Of a stretch of DNA of 64,000 bases, positions 19,367 through 30,703 are shown one piece after another. The notes beneath the pieces are model-generated. The model saw only the letters and a program-made list of their open reading frames with translations. It made no database searches and was not told where the DNA came from. Source of the stretch: Nitrospiria bacterium (GTDB lineage Bacteria; Nitrospirota; UBA9217); NCBI GenBank assembly GCA_919902495.1, contig CAKKRC010000018.1, forward strand, positions 580 to 64,579, read 5' to 3'. A program made the position numbers and the translations under genes. Numbering within the stretch: position 1 is the first letter of the stretch; every line of letters begins with the position of its first letter.

Positions 19367-20569
19367 GTGCCTATTACCGTGAAGAACCCCATCGTCGAGA
19401 TGGACGGCGATGAAATGACCCGGATCATCTGGAAGATGATCAAGGACAAGCTGATCCTGCCCCATCTCACGATCGACCTCAAATACTTTGATCTCGGTAT
19501 GAAGCACCGCGACGACACGGACGACAAGGTCACGTTCGAAGCGACCGAGGCCATCAAGCAGTATGGTGTCGGGGTCAAGTGCGCCACGATCACGCCGAAC
19601 GCGGCACGGGTGAAGGAATACAATCTCAAGAAGCAGTGGCCGAGCCCCAATGCCACGATCCGCTCGGGACTGGACGGCACGGTCTTCCGGAAGCCCATCA
19701 TTGTCCGGAACATCCCACCGGCCGTACGGTCCTGGACGAAGCCGATCATGATCGGACGCCACGCCTACGGCGATATCTACAAGAACAGCGAACTTGTCGT
19801 GGACGGTCCGGGAAAGGCCGAGATCGTGTTCACGCCTGCCGGCGGCGGAACGCCGCGGACGGTCCCTATTCACGACTTCAAAGGCCCGGGCGTGGTCATG
19901 GGGATGCACAACACCGAGAGCTCCATCCGGAGCTTCGCGAAGGCCTGCATCCAGTACGCCCTTGCCGAAAAGACGGACATCTGGTTCGGCGCGAAGGACA
20001 CGATCTCCAAGCAGTATCATGGCCGCTTCCGCGACATCTTCGCCGAGGAGATCGCGACGGCGAAGGCCGACCTCGAGCGGGCGGGGATCCAGTACCGGTA
20101 CATGCTCATTGATGACGCCGTAGCGCAGATCATGAAGGCTTCCGGAGGCATGCTCTGGGCCTGCATGAACTATGACGGCGACGTGATGAGCGATATGGTC
20201 GCTTCGGGGTTCGGCAGCCTGGGTCTCATGACCTCGGTGCTCGTTTCGCCCGACGGCAAGTACGAGTTCGAGGCGGCGCACGGCACGGTCATGCGCCACT
20301 ACTATGAACACCTGAAGGGAAATCCAACGTCCACGAACTCGGTAGCCTCGATCTTCGCCTGGACCGGCGCGATCGCCCGCAGGGGAACGCTCGACGGGAC
20401 GCCGGAGGTGGTCGAGTTCTGCCGCCGGCTCGAATCCGTCGTGCTCAAGACCATCGAGGGCGGCGTCATGACCAAGGACCTCGCGGCCATTGCCGAGCCC
20501 CGTCCCGGCAGCCACGCGCTTACCGAGGAGTTCATCGATGCCGTTGCGAAAGGGCTGGCCGCGTCATGA
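19367..20569 (+). CDS. icd: NADP-dependent isocitrate dehydrogenase (type II)
   Basis: [40 protein letters not shown]. Confidence 0.96.
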   Translation: MPITVKNPIVEMDGDEMTRIIWKMIKDKLILPHLTIDLKYFDLGMKHRDDTDDKVTFEATEAIKQYGVGVKCATITPNAARVKEYNLKKQWPSPNATIRSGLDGTVFRKPIIVRNIPPAVRSWTKPIMIGRHAYGDIYKNSELVVDGPGKAEIVFTPAGGGTPRTVPIHDFKGPGVVMGMHNTESSIRSFAKACIQYALAEKTDIWFGAKDTISKQYHGRFRDIFAEEIATAKADLERAGIQYRYMLIDDAVAQIMKASGGMLWACMNYDGDVMSDMVASGFGSLGLMTSVLVSPDGKYEFEAAHGTVMRHYYEHLKGNPTSTNSVASIFAWTGAIARRGTLDGTPEVVEFCRRLESVVLKTIEGGVMTKDLAAIAEPRPGSHALTEEFIDAVAKGLAAS

Positions 20570-20603
20570 CCTGTCGGCACATTGCACACCCCGGAGCCAT
20601 TCC

Positions 20604-21509
20604 ATGAACGGTAAGTACCTGTCGGCACTTCTGTTCCTTGCGGTAAGCGCGCTGAGTACGCTCACGTTGCTCGTCGAGGCAGTGTTGCAGCTCTACGGGA
20701 AGAGCATCTGCGCGACCGAGGGATGCAAGGTCGTGGCGCAGGTCACGCGGTTCGGCGACCTCACGATGGTCCTGCTGGGCCTCGGCACGATCGCGCTGAT
20801 CACCGTCCTCGCGGCGCAGGAGATGCGGTCGGTGAGCGCGCGCAGTGAACGGGTCATCAACTTCCTTCTGGTGGCGTCCCTGGCAGGTGAAGGCTTCTTC
20901 GTGGGATACCAGCTCTTTCGCCTCGACGCGGTCTGCGTGTTCTGCCTGGGAGTGTTCGGCATCTTTGTCGTGCTCGGTGGGCTCCGCATCCTTTCCGGCC
21001 AGCGGGAGGTCATCGCCGGGTTCGGCGCGCTCTTCGCGGTCCTGAGCCTCTTCTACCTTATCCTGCCCGCGGGCGGCACGGCGCTCCCCCGGGACGCGAA
21101 ATACATCCTGTTCACCAGCGCAGACTGCAAGTACTGCTCCGAGATCCGCAAGGAACTTGACGAAAAGAAGATCGATGTGCGGTACGTTGCGATAAAGGAA
21201 CATGCCGCGACGCTCAAAAACCTGGGGATCGAGCACGTACCGACCCTGATGGTGAACGGGCCCCAGGAAAAGATATTTCTAACCGGCACCGGCGCCATCC
21301 GACGCCATCTCCTCACCTGCGAACAAGCCCAGCCCGCTCCGCAGAAAAAACAAGCGTCTCCGGCCGCGCCCCGACCGGGAAAAACACGGGCGACCGCTGT
21401 TCCGGGAGCCGGCACGCTGGCGCCTTTGTCGCCCGGTGGCGCGTCGAACCTGATCTTCAGTCCTTTGCCGGACACCGGCATATGCAAGGAAGACATCAAG
21501 TGCGACTGA
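20604..21509 (+). CDS. VKOR-like membrane protein fused to a glutaredoxin/thioredoxin-like domain
   Basis: Loop cysteines CATEGC, membrane CVFC, soluble CKYC...HVPTL, terminal CKEDIKC. Confidence 0.75.
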   Translation: MNGKYLSALLFLAVSALSTLTLLVEAVLQLYGKSICATEGCKVVAQVTRFGDLTMVLLGLGTIALITVLAAQEMRSVSARSERVINFLLVASLAGEGFFVGYQLFRLDAVCVFCLGVFGIFVVLGGLRILSGQREVIAGFGALFAVLSLFYLILPAGGTALPRDAKYILFTSADCKYCSEIRKELDEKKIDVRYVAIKEHAATLKNLGIEHVPTLMVNGPQEKIFLTGTGAIRRHLLTCEQAQPAPQKKQASPAAPRPGKTRATAVPGAGTLAPLSPGGASNLIFSPLPDTGICKEDIKCD

Positions 21510-21674
21510 TCGCCCTGCGTTTTTCCCGTCGTTCCCCGACAAATTCAGCTATCATGTACGAAAGAACAAGGCCAGCATACAACAACATGCGGGATGTGCC
21601 GCCAGGGGGCGGCGATCCTGTCAGCGGGATCCGATAGCGGCCGGCGCGGCAGGAAGGCCCCGGAGGAGGAAGCA

Positions 21675-22568
21675 ATGGAAAAGATCGATGACGAGATGCT
21701 CCTAGAGGAGCTTAAAAAAAAGTTTGAGGAGAGCCGGATCGCCGTAGCCAATCTCCGGACCATGACGCAGAACCTGGAGGCGGTGAACGAGAAGCTCCGG
21801 CAGTCAGAATCGCTCAAAACCGATTTTTTGTCGAACATCCGGAACGAGATCAACAATCCCCTGACCTCCATCATGGGACTGACCAAGCAGGTCGTCGATA
21901 AAAAAGCCGACGGTGACCGGGCCCGCGAGATCGCCGGAATGATCTACCATGAGGCCTTCGATCTTGATTTCCAGCTCAGGAACATCTTCGCGGCCGCCGA
22001 ACTCGAAGCGGGAGAGACGACCCCCAGTGTGGCCCTGGTGGACGTGGCCGCTCTTGTCCGGAATCAGCTCGCGGCGTTCGGTCATAAGGCCGCCGAGAAA
22101 AAGGTCTCCCTGGACTATCAGTGCGTCTGCCCGGACGGCGACGGGATCACGTTCAAGACGGACCCGGAGTGGCTCCAAAAGGTCACAGCCAACCTGCTCG
22201 CCAATGCCATCGAGTTCTGCCATGAGGGGAAGAGCGTGGCCCTCCGCGTGTGGCAGGAGGGGGGCCGCCTGAACATTTCTATTGCCGATGAAGGCCCCGG
22301 GATCCCCGAAGCGGACCGAAAGAAGGTGTTTGACCGGTTCGTCCAGCTGGACACCGGGGTGCGCAAGCGCCACAAGGGCCACGGGCTTGGCCTCAGTATC
22401 GCGAAAGCATTGGTGGAGATGCTGAATGGAAGCATTGTGCTGGCCGGCAATAAGGGCAACGGGTGCGTGTTCACCGTGTCCCTGGCCGAGATGGAGACAG
22501 GACAGCCGGTCGATGTAACATCGGGGGACGGGAACGAGTTCATATTCGGGGACGGAACGAAGTTCTAA
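21675..22568 (+). CDS. Cytoplasmic histidine-kinase-like protein lacking the phosphoacceptor His
   Basis: H-box reads FLSNIRNEINNPL. N box NLLANA, G1 DEGPGI and G2 GHGLGL are intact. Confidence 0.85.
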   Translation: MEKIDDEMLLEELKKKFEESRIAVANLRTMTQNLEAVNEKLRQSESLKTDFLSNIRNEINNPLTSIMGLTKQVVDKKADGDRAREIAGMIYHEAFDLDFQLRNIFAAAELEAGETTPSVALVDVAALVRNQLAAFGHKAAEKKVSLDYQCVCPDGDGITFKTDPEWLQKVTANLLANAIEFCHEGKSVALRVWQEGGRLNISIADEGPGIPEADRKKVFDRFVQLDTGVRKRHKGHGLGLSIAKALVEMLNGSIVLAGNKGNGCVFTVSLAEMETGQPVDVTSGDGNEFIFGDGTKF

Positions 22569-22622
22569 GCGTGCTTTCGCCGTACTGTCTTTGTGATCGC
22601 GGCGCCGCAGGGAAATTCTGCA

Positions 22623-23114
22623 ATGCTTTATAATCCAGACGAGAACAGCCACTACCTCCTTGCCGGCAGCCTCTTTGTACATGAGGAGCGGCATTTCGTC
22701 ACGACCGTTCTCGGCTCCTGCGTATCGGTCTGCCTCTGGGACTGCGTGCGGAACCGGGGCGGCATCAATCATTACATGCTGCCTTTCTGGAACGGCGAGG
22801 GGCTGGCTTCGCCGAAATACGGGAACATTGCCATCGCGAAGCTGATCGAAAAGCTGCTGCAGCTTGGTTCGGACAAGCGCAATCTGCGCGCCAAGGTCTT
22901 CGGCGGGGGTGTCGTCCTGAACGTTACGAACCCGTTCATGAATATAGGCGAGCGCAATATCCAGCTTGCGGACGACATGCTCAAGAGCGAGAACATTCCG
23001 ATCGTCGGCGCCGACACCGGCGGCAAGTTCGGGCGCAAGCTCATCTTCAACACCGAGACCGGATCGGTCTTTTTGAAGAAACTGACAAAACAGATCGATG
23101 ATATCAGGCTTTGA
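22623..23114 (+). CDS. cheD: Chemoreceptor glutamine deamidase CheD
   Basis: TVLGSCVSVCLWD, GGINHYMLP, AKVFGG, NIGERN, DTGG..GRK. Confidence 0.93.
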   Translation: MLYNPDENSHYLLAGSLFVHEERHFVTTVLGSCVSVCLWDCVRNRGGINHYMLPFWNGEGLASPKYGNIAIAKLIEKLLQLGSDKRNLRAKVFGGGVVLNVTNPFMNIGERNIQLADDMLKSENIPIVGADTGGKFGRKLIFNTETGSVFLKKLTKQIDDIRL

Positions 23115-23260
23115 ACCCAGGAGCGAGCAATTAGCATTCGATACCATCCTTCTTTTCGCCCTCCTCAACGCTTTCCCGTCCCCCTTGGATACCGCCGTCC
23201 CCCTACCCGGGGTCCGCAGGGTATCAGTCGAGAAACCTGCTGTATTTCCTGGTTAATTTA

Positions 23261-23290
23261 TTGACATTTCCTTTTCTGCCATGCTATTAT
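23261..23290 (+). promoter_or_regulatory. Sigma70-type promoter of the chemosensory operon
   Basis: TTGACA-18 bp-TATTAT with extended TG. Confidence 0.55.
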
Positions 23291-23319
23291 CATTGCGTAT
23301 CGAAGCACAGGGGTAACCA

Positions 23320-24630
23320 ATGGCCGGGGAGAAAATCCTCAACATAGATGATAGCCCTACCGTTCAACGACTGATCGAGATGATCCTTTCGTCGCAGGGG
23401 TATCAGGTCGTGCTTGCGTCCGATGGGGAAGAGGGCATTCAGAAGGCGAAGTCCGAGAGGCCCGCGCTCATTCTGGTCGACTTCGTCATGCCGAAGATGA
23501 ACGGCTACCAGGTCTGCAAGACCTTGAAAGAGGACCCGGAGTTCAGGGATACACCGATAATCCTGGTTACGTCAAAAGGCGATAAGGTCGGCAGCAAGTT
23601 CGTCGACGTTCTGGGTATCAGCGAATATTTCACCAAGCCATTCCAGCCGGAAGAGCTCCTTTCCAAGATACGCGAGGTCCTCGATAAAAAGGCCGAGGAG
23701 GCGGCGGCGGCAAAGGCAGCTGCTGCGAAGGCCAGGTCCGCGCCTGCTCCGGCCCGCGGCGCCGCGGCAGCAACGGCACCTGAAGGCCTCGAGGCCATGG
23801 TCACCACGATCGTGAAGCGCATCCTTGATGATTTCGTGCAGAACACCCTCCCTGCGCTCATCAGCAAGTTGCCGGGCGGCAAGGGTGGGGGCAGCGCCTC
23901 CATTCAGGGGAACCTGGCGGCCTTCCGTATCGTCGAACTCATGCAGATGCTTTCCCTTCAGCGTCAAAGCGGCAGACTTGTCATCACCCGCCGCGAGGGA
24001 GAGGCTGAGGTCTTCGTCAAGGATGGAGCGATCGTTTTTGCCGGCACCACCATGAACGGGAGCATCGGCGGCATCGAGGGCCTGCTCAAGAAGTCCTGCC
24101 GCGTCGCCGAGGACGGGCTGCAACACGCGCGCCGGATCGCCGAGATGACCGGCCAGCCGCTTGACGGCGTCCTTGCCCAGGAGAAGATCCTGGACCAGAA
24201 GACATTCGGGGCCTGCCTGAAGCGTCATACGGAATCCGTGGTCTTTAAAGCAATGGAGTGGAAGGACGGAGATTTCTTTTTTGACAGCACGCTCGCCCCT
24301 GTCTTCGCCAATCCCGTAGCGCTTAAAGTGGACGATCTGATCCTGGAAGGAACCCGAAGGTCTGACGAGTGGGTACTGATCCAGCAGAAAATCCCCAATT
24401 TTTCCATGGTATTCGAGCCCCTTATCGGAAACGCCGAGGAGCTCACCCGGCGGGGCCTGAGCGATATGGACCTGAAGGTGTTCGCGATGGTGGACGGCAG
24501 GAGCACGGTCCAGGAGGTCATCGAACGAGCCATGCTCTCTGATTTTGACGTCGCAAAAAGCATGTTCATCCTGCTCTCGGTGAATTTGATCAGGAAGAAA
24601 AGCAGTCCGAAGATGACCGCAACTCTGTGA
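23320..24630 (+). CDS. Response regulator with DUF4388/PATAN-like domain
   Basis: N-terminal REC (IDDS, LVDFVMP, KPF), Ala-rich linker, IQGNLAAFRIVELMQMLS..RQSGRL, WKDGDFFF, LILEGTRRSDEW. Confidence 0.85.
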   Translation: MAGEKILNIDDSPTVQRLIEMILSSQGYQVVLASDGEEGIQKAKSERPALILVDFVMPKMNGYQVCKTLKEDPEFRDTPIILVTSKGDKVGSKFVDVLGISEYFTKPFQPEELLSKIREVLDKKAEEAAAAKAAAAKARSAPAPARGAAAATAPEGLEAMVTTIVKRILDDFVQNTLPALISKLPGGKGGGSASIQGNLAAFRIVELMQMLSLQRQSGRLVITRREGEAEVFVKDGAIVFAGTTMNGSIGGIEGLLKKSCRVAEDGLQHARRIAEMTGQPLDGVLAQEKILDQKTFGACLKRHTESVVFKAMEWKDGDFFFDSTLAPVFANPVALKVDDLILEGTRRSDEWVLIQQKIPNFSMVFEPLIGNAEELTRRGLSDMDLKVFAMVDGRSTVQEVIERAMLSDFDVAKSMFILLSVNLIRKKSSPKMTATL

Positions 24631-24710
24631 TAAAACGAAAGAAAACTTGACAATACCAACAAAATATGTTAACTTTGCACAGCATTGTGTGACATAAAAA
24701 GGAGATGACA

Positions 24711-25070
24711 ATGGCCAAGATACTGGTAGCAGATGACAGCCTGGCGGAGTTGCAGATCATCCAGCAGACGTTGCAATCGACAGGTCATTCCATCGTGACC
24801 GTTATGGATGGCGAGGCGGCCGAGGCGAAAGCAAAGTCTGAGAAGTTCGATCTTATCATCCTTGATGTGATCATGCCGAAGAAGAACGGGTTCCAGGTAT
24901 GCCGAGAGATCAAGACCTATGAACCCACCAAGAACGTCCCGATCATCATGGTGACCTCGAAGGACCAGGAGAGCGATAAGTTCTGGGGAATGAAGCAAGG
25001 CGCCGATGAATATCTTACCAAGCCCTTTAAGCCCGAAGACCTGCTCAAGACCGTGAAGAAATACATCTAA
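24711..25070 (+). CDS. Single-domain response regulator, PilH-like
   Basis: ILDVIMPKKNGFQVCR, TSKDQESDKFWGMKQGA. Confidence 0.9.
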   Translation: MAKILVADDSLAELQIIQQTLQSTGHSIVTVMDGEAAEAKAKSEKFDLIILDVIMPKKNGFQVCREIKTYEPTKNVPIIMVTSKDQESDKFWGMKQGADEYLTKPFKPEDLLKTVKKYI

Positions 25071-25094
25071 CGACCATTCTGGAGGAGAGCCTGG

Positions 25095-25595
25095 TTGGCC
25101 GATATCAACACTGAAGTCACCGCCGAGGTGTTACAGCATGCGACCGCGGAAGAGGAAGTTCGTATATGCCTCTTCAGCATAAGCGGGGACACCTATGCCG
25201 TGACGGTCGATCTCCTGGCCGAGATCATCATTCCCCAGAAGGTCTTTCCCGTACCCACGACCCCGTCCCATGTTATCGGCATTATAAACCTGCGGGGCAA
25301 TATTGTTCCGATCGTGGATATCCGCCCCGCGTTGTCCCTGCCTTCGTCCACCGTACTCAACCAGGTCGCCATTATCCGGCATGAACAGATGACCATCGGG
25401 ATCGTTGTGGATGCTGTTGCCGATGTGATCTCGGTGCCCCTGAGCAGCGTATTGCCTCTTCCCGCGGAGATCGCGGTGCAGGAATCGGACACCAAGAGCC
25501 GGAGCCGGTATCTTAAGGCGATCGTGCAGCGGCCGAACGGCGTTGCGGCCTTGCTGAACATTGACCGTCTGCTGGAGACGATACGTCTGTCATAA
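25095..25595 (+). CDS. cheW: CheW-like adaptor (PilI-like)
   Basis: VPTTPSHVIGIINLRGNIVPIVD, GIVVDAV. Confidence 0.9.
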   Translation: MADINTEVTAEVLQHATAEEEVRICLFSISGDTYAVTVDLLAEIIIPQKVFPVPTTPSHVIGIINLRGNIVPIVDIRPALSLPSSTVLNQVAIIRHEQMTIGIVVDAVADVISVPLSSVLPLPAEIAVQESDTKSRSRYLKAIVQRPNGVAALLNIDRLLETIRLS

Positions 25596-25648
25596 CGTGC
25601 GGTCCGCGCGGCCGCGTGAAGCTATTATCTGGGTAAAGGAGTTCCTCC

Positions 25649-27532
25649 ATGAAAAGCGATGATGCCGTACAGAAAGCCCCTCTATTACGCCATATCAGCA
25701 TCAGGACCAAGGTCGTGCTCATGATCGTGGCAATGTCCGCCGTGTTCGGGTCGGGCATCCTCGGTTTCATCTACTATCAGCTTCAGAATACGCTCCGCGA
25801 CGAAGCGCTGAACAAGGCCCTGATCCTGGCAGACGGTCTGAGCGTCAAAGCAGCAGAGCCGGTCCAGGTCGAAGACCTGAACGCGCTCCAGTTCATCCTG
25901 GGCGAGGCCATTGGCCAGGCCGACGTGGCATACGCGTTCATACGCGATTCCCGCGGCCGGGTCCTCTCCTCGTCATTCGAGGGCAACGTGGTCCCGGCGG
26001 AGCTCCAGACCATCAACCAGTTGCAACCCAACGTTCCCTTCGGCACGGAGAACGCGAACTTACTGCTCAAGGACACGGTCATTGAGGTGACGGACATCGC
26101 TTCTCCTGTCGGCGGCGGCGCCCTCGGCAGTATTCATATCGGCCTCAACATCACCCAGATCAAGCTGAACATCCGGAATATCCTTCTGAACATCCTGTAC
26201 GTCGGCGCGGGGGGCCTACTTGTCCTTGCCATACTGACGATCGTTATCGTTGCCATTATCATCGCACCGGTGAGAGACCTCATGGAGGTGTCCGAGGCCC
26301 TCGGGCGCGGCGATCTAACGAAGAAAGCGAACGTGAAATCCAGCGACGAGCTTGGCCAGCTGGGAACGACACTGAACACCACCATCGACCGTCTGCAGGG
26401 TCTGGTGCAGACCGAATCCGACCGGGACAAAATGCAGCACCAGGTCATGGACCTCCTGTCCATCGTGAGCGGCGCCGCGGAAGGCGATCTCACGGTCAAG
26501 GCGGAAGTGACCGCCGACGCACTGGGGTCGGTGGCGGACGCGTTCAACCTCATGATCAACGGTCTTACGGCGCTCGTCTCGCAGGCGAGCGATGTGGCAA
26601 GCGAGATCCAGCATTCCACCAGCGACATCCTGAAGGCGTCCGACCGCATGCGACGGGGAGCCGAGCAGCAGACGGCCCAGATCCAGGGAGCATCGGGCGC
26701 GGTGAACGAGATGTCCCATACGATCCAGCGCATGGCGGAGAACGCTGAGGCCGCCACCCAGGCATCCCTCCGTGCCACCCAGGCCGCCGTGAAGGGCGGC
26801 GCCTCCGTGGCAGAGACGATCAAAGGTATGCAGCGGATCCGTGCCGCGGTGCAGACCACCGGAAAGAAGATCAAGGGACTTGGCGAACGCTCCCTCGAGA
26901 TCGGCGCTATCATTGAGGTGATCAACGAGATCGCCACCCAGACGAACCTGCTGGCCTTGAACGCCGCGATCGAAGCGGCCCGCGCCGGAGAACAGGGCAG
27001 GGGTTTTGCCGTGGTTGCCGACGAAGTCCGGAAGCTGGCAGAACGCGCAGCCCGTGCGACCAAGGACATCACGAGCCTCATCAAGGGCATTCAGGTGGAG
27101 ACCAGCGAGGCCGTGACGGTCATGGAAGAGGGAACCCGCGAAGTGGAGGAAGGGACGAAGCTTGCCGACCAGGCGGGTGCCGCACTCCGCGAGATCGAAC
27201 AGATCGTTAAGCAGACCTCCGGTCTGGTGACGGACATCACCAACTCCGCCGTGAACCAGGTGAAGGTTTCGGAGGGTATCGTGACCTCCATGGACAGCAT
27301 TTCCAAACTGACGCAGGAAACCACGGTCGGCGTTCGCGATACCGTGGAGACCATCAGCAAACTGGCCGAACTTTCGACACGGCTCACCGTCGCGATCGGC
27401 CGGTTCAAACTGGGCAAGGAGCAGCAGCCAGCCGCTGAGGCGGGACTTCCCGTCATGGAAGGCAGCTATCCACAACTTGCCGAGGAAGTGACCACCAGTG
27501 ATGAGGAGATCAAGCTGGGCTTCATTGAATAG
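25649..27532 (+). CDS. Methyl-accepting chemotaxis protein, PilJ-like
   Basis: 2 TM, two HAMP domains, [38 protein letters not shown]. Confidence 0.95.
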   Translation: MKSDDAVQKAPLLRHISIRTKVVLMIVAMSAVFGSGILGFIYYQLQNTLRDEALNKALILADGLSVKAAEPVQVEDLNALQFILGEAIGQADVAYAFIRDSRGRVLSSSFEGNVVPAELQTINQLQPNVPFGTENANLLLKDTVIEVTDIASPVGGGALGSIHIGLNITQIKLNIRNILLNILYVGAGGLLVLAILTIVIVAIIIAPVRDLMEVSEALGRGDLTKKANVKSSDELGQLGTTLNTTIDRLQGLVQTESDRDKMQHQVMDLLSIVSGAAEGDLTVKAEVTADALGSVADAFNLMINGLTALVSQASDVASEIQHSTSDILKASDRMRRGAEQQTAQIQGASGAVNEMSHTIQRMAENAEAATQASLRATQAAVKGGASVAETIKGMQRIRAAVQTTGKKIKGLGERSLEIGAIIEVINEIATQTNLLALNAAIEAARAGEQGRGFAVVADEVRKLAERAARATKDITSLIKGIQVETSEAVTVMEEGTREVEEGTKLADQAGAALREIEQIVKQTSGLVTDITNSAVNQVKVSEGIVTSMDSISKLTQETTVGVRDTVETISKLAELSTRLTVAIGRFKLGKEQQPAAEAGLPVMEGSYPQLAEEVTTSDEEIKLGFIE

Positions 27533-27538
27533 AATCCT

Positions 27539-30277
27539 ATGGCAGGCTCCCTCGATAAATCCGGCATAATTGAATTCTTCCTGATTGAGGCCAGCGAGCA
27601 TATTCAGAACCTCAATACGGGACTGCTCGCCCTCGAAAAGGATCCGACGAACCGCGAGGTCATCGACGAGCTTTTCCGCGCGGCGCACACGCTCAAAGGG
27701 TCCGCCGCCATGATGGGCTTCCAGGGGATCAGCGATGTCGGGCATAAGTCCGAAGACATGCTCGGGCTGTTCCGCTCCGGGTCCATCCCGATCACCCGCG
27801 AAACGCTGAACTTCCTCTTTGACAGCGTTGATGCCGTGAAGCTCATGGTCGACGGGATCGCGTCCAAGAAGCCCGAAGATCCGCTTATCATCGAGAACAT
27901 AAACCAGTCCTTCACGAGTCTTGTCGAGAACCTTCGCGGCAAAGCCGCCTTACCTCCATCGACGGGAGCCGCACCTGCAGAGAAGTCCGAACGTCTCGCC
28001 GCGCCGCCTGCGTCTCCCGTGCCCGTATCTGCTCCGCCCGCTGCAAAGGCGCCGGAGAAACCCGCGTCCCTTCCTTCAAAGGAAGAGCTTGACATGGCAT
28101 GGGAGAAGGCGTTCGCTGAGGAAGCGGGGGAGTCACCCAGGCCCGATAAGACCGCCGCCCAAAAGGCGCCGGTGTCCGCTCCGAAAAATGCCGCGCCTTC
28201 GGCCCCGCAGAAACCGGCGAGCACGGTCCCGTCGCCGGCCGCACCGCAGCCTCCCGTGCCACCGAGGCCGTCGGCGGCACAAGCGGCCGCAGATGCCGCG
28301 GCTATGGAAGCTGCCGCGGAAGCATCGCTCCAGCAGGAGATCGAAGATGCAAAGCGGGCCGGTGTCGTGGAGAAGCGCGGCGTCGGCAGGCGGGCCGCGG
28401 ACGCCCCCGATATCGAGAAACAGTTCATCCGGGTCAACATCGAGCGGCTCGATAATCTCATGAACCTCGTGGGCGAGATGGTCGTGAACCGCAACAAGCT
28501 CACCCGCCAGGTGGACCTCATCAAATCCCTTCGCGATGAGCTTTCGTTCAGTCAGAACCGCCTGCTGTATGAGATCCGGAAATTTGAAGAGAAGTATGAA
28601 TACACCATGAATTACCAGGCCCCGACGCCTGCTGTCCCCGAGCAGCGTCCGGCAGAGCAGTCGGGAGATTTCTTCGAGCTGGAATTCGACCGGTATGACG
28701 ATTTTAATCTGCTTTCGCGCAAGCTGACGGAGATCACGAACGACACCAACGAGATCATGATGGAGTTTTCCGGCTTCTTTGACTCCTTCGAGCTTGATAC
28801 GGCCAGGATCTCCACCATCACCTCCAACCTCCAGAACGAGATCACCATGGCGCGCATGGTGGAGATGGACCGCCTGTTCCAGCTGTTCCAGCGGCCGGTG
28901 CGCGACATGGCCCAGTCAGAGAACAAGAAGATCAATATGGTGGTGACGGGCGGGGACACGAAGATCGACAAGACGATCTTCGAGATCATCTCCGATCCTT
29001 TAATGCACATGGTGCGGAACGCCATATCCCACGGGATCGAAGGACCTGAAGAGCGCACGCGGAACGGGAAGGACCCGAGCGGGGTGCTCATCCTTTCAGC
29101 ACGGCATGACGGGAGCAGTATTGTTCTTCAGATCGAGGATGACGGCCGCGGCATGGACCCGGAGCATCTGCGGCGTTCAGCAGTGGAGAAGCGGTTCATC
29201 ACGCAGGGTGAAGCGAAGGCGATGTCCGATGCCGATGCCCTGAACCTGATCTTCCGCGCGGGTTTTTCCACGGCCGCCACGGTCGGCAAGGTGTCCGGTC
29301 GGGGCGTGGGAATGGACGTCGTGACGACCCAGCTCGGGAAGATCAACGGACGCATCGAGATCAAGACGGAAAAAAATGTAGGCACCCGTTTCATCATACG
29401 GCTGCCGCTCACCCTGGCCATCGCCCAGGCGCTGATCGTCAAGGTGAAGGACCAGGAGGTTGCCATCCCCATGAACCTCGTGGAGGAGACCACGCGGTTC
29501 TCCGACAAGGACATCCAGCGGGCGGCCGGCGAGGAGATGGTGAACCTCCGCGGCTCTCTCATGCGCCTCATGCGCCTGAACACCCTTCTGGCGGCAGGAA
29601 AGCTTCCGAAGAAGGGAGAGGACTATCGCTATCCCACCCTGATCCTCGTCCTTGCAGAGAAGCGGGTCGCCCTCATGGTGGAGGACATTGCCGGCCGGGA
29701 AGAGATCGTGGTGAAGTCCCTCGGAGAGTACCTGAAGAACGTGCGGATGTTCTCCGGGGCAACGATCTCCGGCGAAGGCGATGTTCGTCTCATTTTGAAC
29801 GTTGCGCACCTGTTCGGCGAGGAGACCATCAGCACCAAGACGAGCTACATCGGCGGGCGGGAAACGGCCGCCGCAGAAACGGCGCGGCGCAAGCCGCGCG
29901 TTCTGGTGGTGGACGACTCCATCAGCATACGAAAATATGTTCAGCGCTTCCTCGATCGAAGCGGCTATGAAGTGGAGACAGCGACCGACGGCATGAACGC
30001 GCTCGAGGTGCTGGGCAAGACGAAGGTTGATGCGGTGATCACGGACCTCGAGATGCCGGTCATGCATGGGTATGATCTCATGGCCGAAATGAAGCGCAAC
30101 CCCGTGTTCATGAACATTCCTATTATTGTGCTTACCTCGCGAGCAGGCGAGAAGCACCGGCAGAAAGCTATCGACATGGGGGCCCAGGACTATCTCGTGA
30201 AACCCTTCGAAGAGCAGGAAATGATCGAAGCGCTGAAAAAGCTCCTGAGCAACGCCGCCCTGGCGTCACGCGCATAG
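27539..30277 (+). CDS. cheA: Hybrid chemotaxis kinase CheA/ChpA (Hpt-linker-dimerisation-HATPase-CheW-REC)
   Basis: FRAAHTLKGSA, LMHMVRNAISHGIE, SGRGVGMDVV, LPLTLAI, C-terminal REC. Confidence 0.95.
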   Translation: MAGSLDKSGIIEFFLIEASEHIQNLNTGLLALEKDPTNREVIDELFRAAHTLKGSAAMMGFQGISDVGHKSEDMLGLFRSGSIPITRETLNFLFDSVDAVKLMVDGIASKKPEDPLIIENINQSFTSLVENLRGKAALPPSTGAAPAEKSERLAAPPASPVPVSAPPAAKAPEKPASLPSKEELDMAWEKAFAEEAGESPRPDKTAAQKAPVSAPKNAAPSAPQKPASTVPSPAAPQPPVPPRPSAAQAAADAAAMEAAAEASLQQEIEDAKRAGVVEKRGVGRRAADAPDIEKQFIRVNIERLDNLMNLVGEMVVNRNKLTRQVDLIKSLRDELSFSQNRLLYEIRKFEEKYEYTMNYQAPTPAVPEQRPAEQSGDFFELEFDRYDDFNLLSRKLTEITNDTNEIMMEFSGFFDSFELDTARISTITSNLQNEITMARMVEMDRLFQLFQRPVRDMAQSENKKINMVVTGGDTKIDKTIFEIISDPLMHMVRNAISHGIEGPEERTRNGKDPSGVLILSARHDGSSIVLQIEDDGRGMDPEHLRRSAVEKRFITQGEAKAMSDADALNLIFRAGFSTAATVGKVSGRGVGMDVVTTQLGKINGRIEIKTEKNVGTRFIIRLPLTLAIAQALIVKVKDQEVAIPMNLVEETTRFSDKDIQRAAGEEMVNLRGSLMRLMRLNTLLAAGKLPKKGEDYRYPTLILVLAEKRVALMVEDIAGREEIVVKSLGEYLKNVRMFSGATISGEGDVRLILNVAHLFGEETISTKTSYIGGRETAAAETARRKPRVLVVDDSISIRKYVQRFLDRSGYEVETATDGMNALEVLGKTKVDAVITDLEMPVMHGYDLMAEMKRNPVFMNIPIIVLTSRAGEKHRQKAIDMGAQDYLVKPFEEQEMIEALKKLLSNAALASRA

Positions 30278-30292
30278 TCACCGGGCATCCCT

Positions 30293-30703
30293 ATGGACGA
30301 TAAAACACGGTATCTCATCGTATCGATCGAAGGTGAAAGCTTTGCCATTCCGATCACCAGCCTCCTGGAGATCACCGTTCCGAGGAACATCCAGAAGGAC
30401 CAGAAGCTATCGGAGATCTTCGAAGGGAAGCTCGATTACCGGGGCAAAATGATCCCGGTGGTCAATTTGAAAAAAGTCCTGAAACTGCCGGGGAATCCCG
30501 GCGGCGGTCTCATCGTCGTGAAAAGCAGCAAGGGTGTTCTGGGTCTGTTGGTTGACACGGCGAAAGAGCTTCTGGAGACATCGCAGAAGCCTGTGCCCAT
30601 GCCGCGGGGTGTCCTGAATCCCAGTCTGAATTACTATGCTGGCATCCTGCGGAACCGGGAGGACCTGGTTGTTCTCCTGAACGAGGACGGGTTGCTGCCA
30701 TGA
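30293..30703 (+). CDS. CheW-like protein
   Basis: FAIPI..LLEI, YRGKMIPVVNL, GLLVD. Confidence 0.8.
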   Translation: MDDKTRYLIVSIEGESFAIPITSLLEITVPRNIQKDQKLSEIFEGKLDYRGKMIPVVNLKKVLKLPGNPGGGLIVVKSSKGVLGLLVDTAKELLETSQKPVPMPRGVLNPSLNYYAGILRNREDLVVLLNEDGLLP

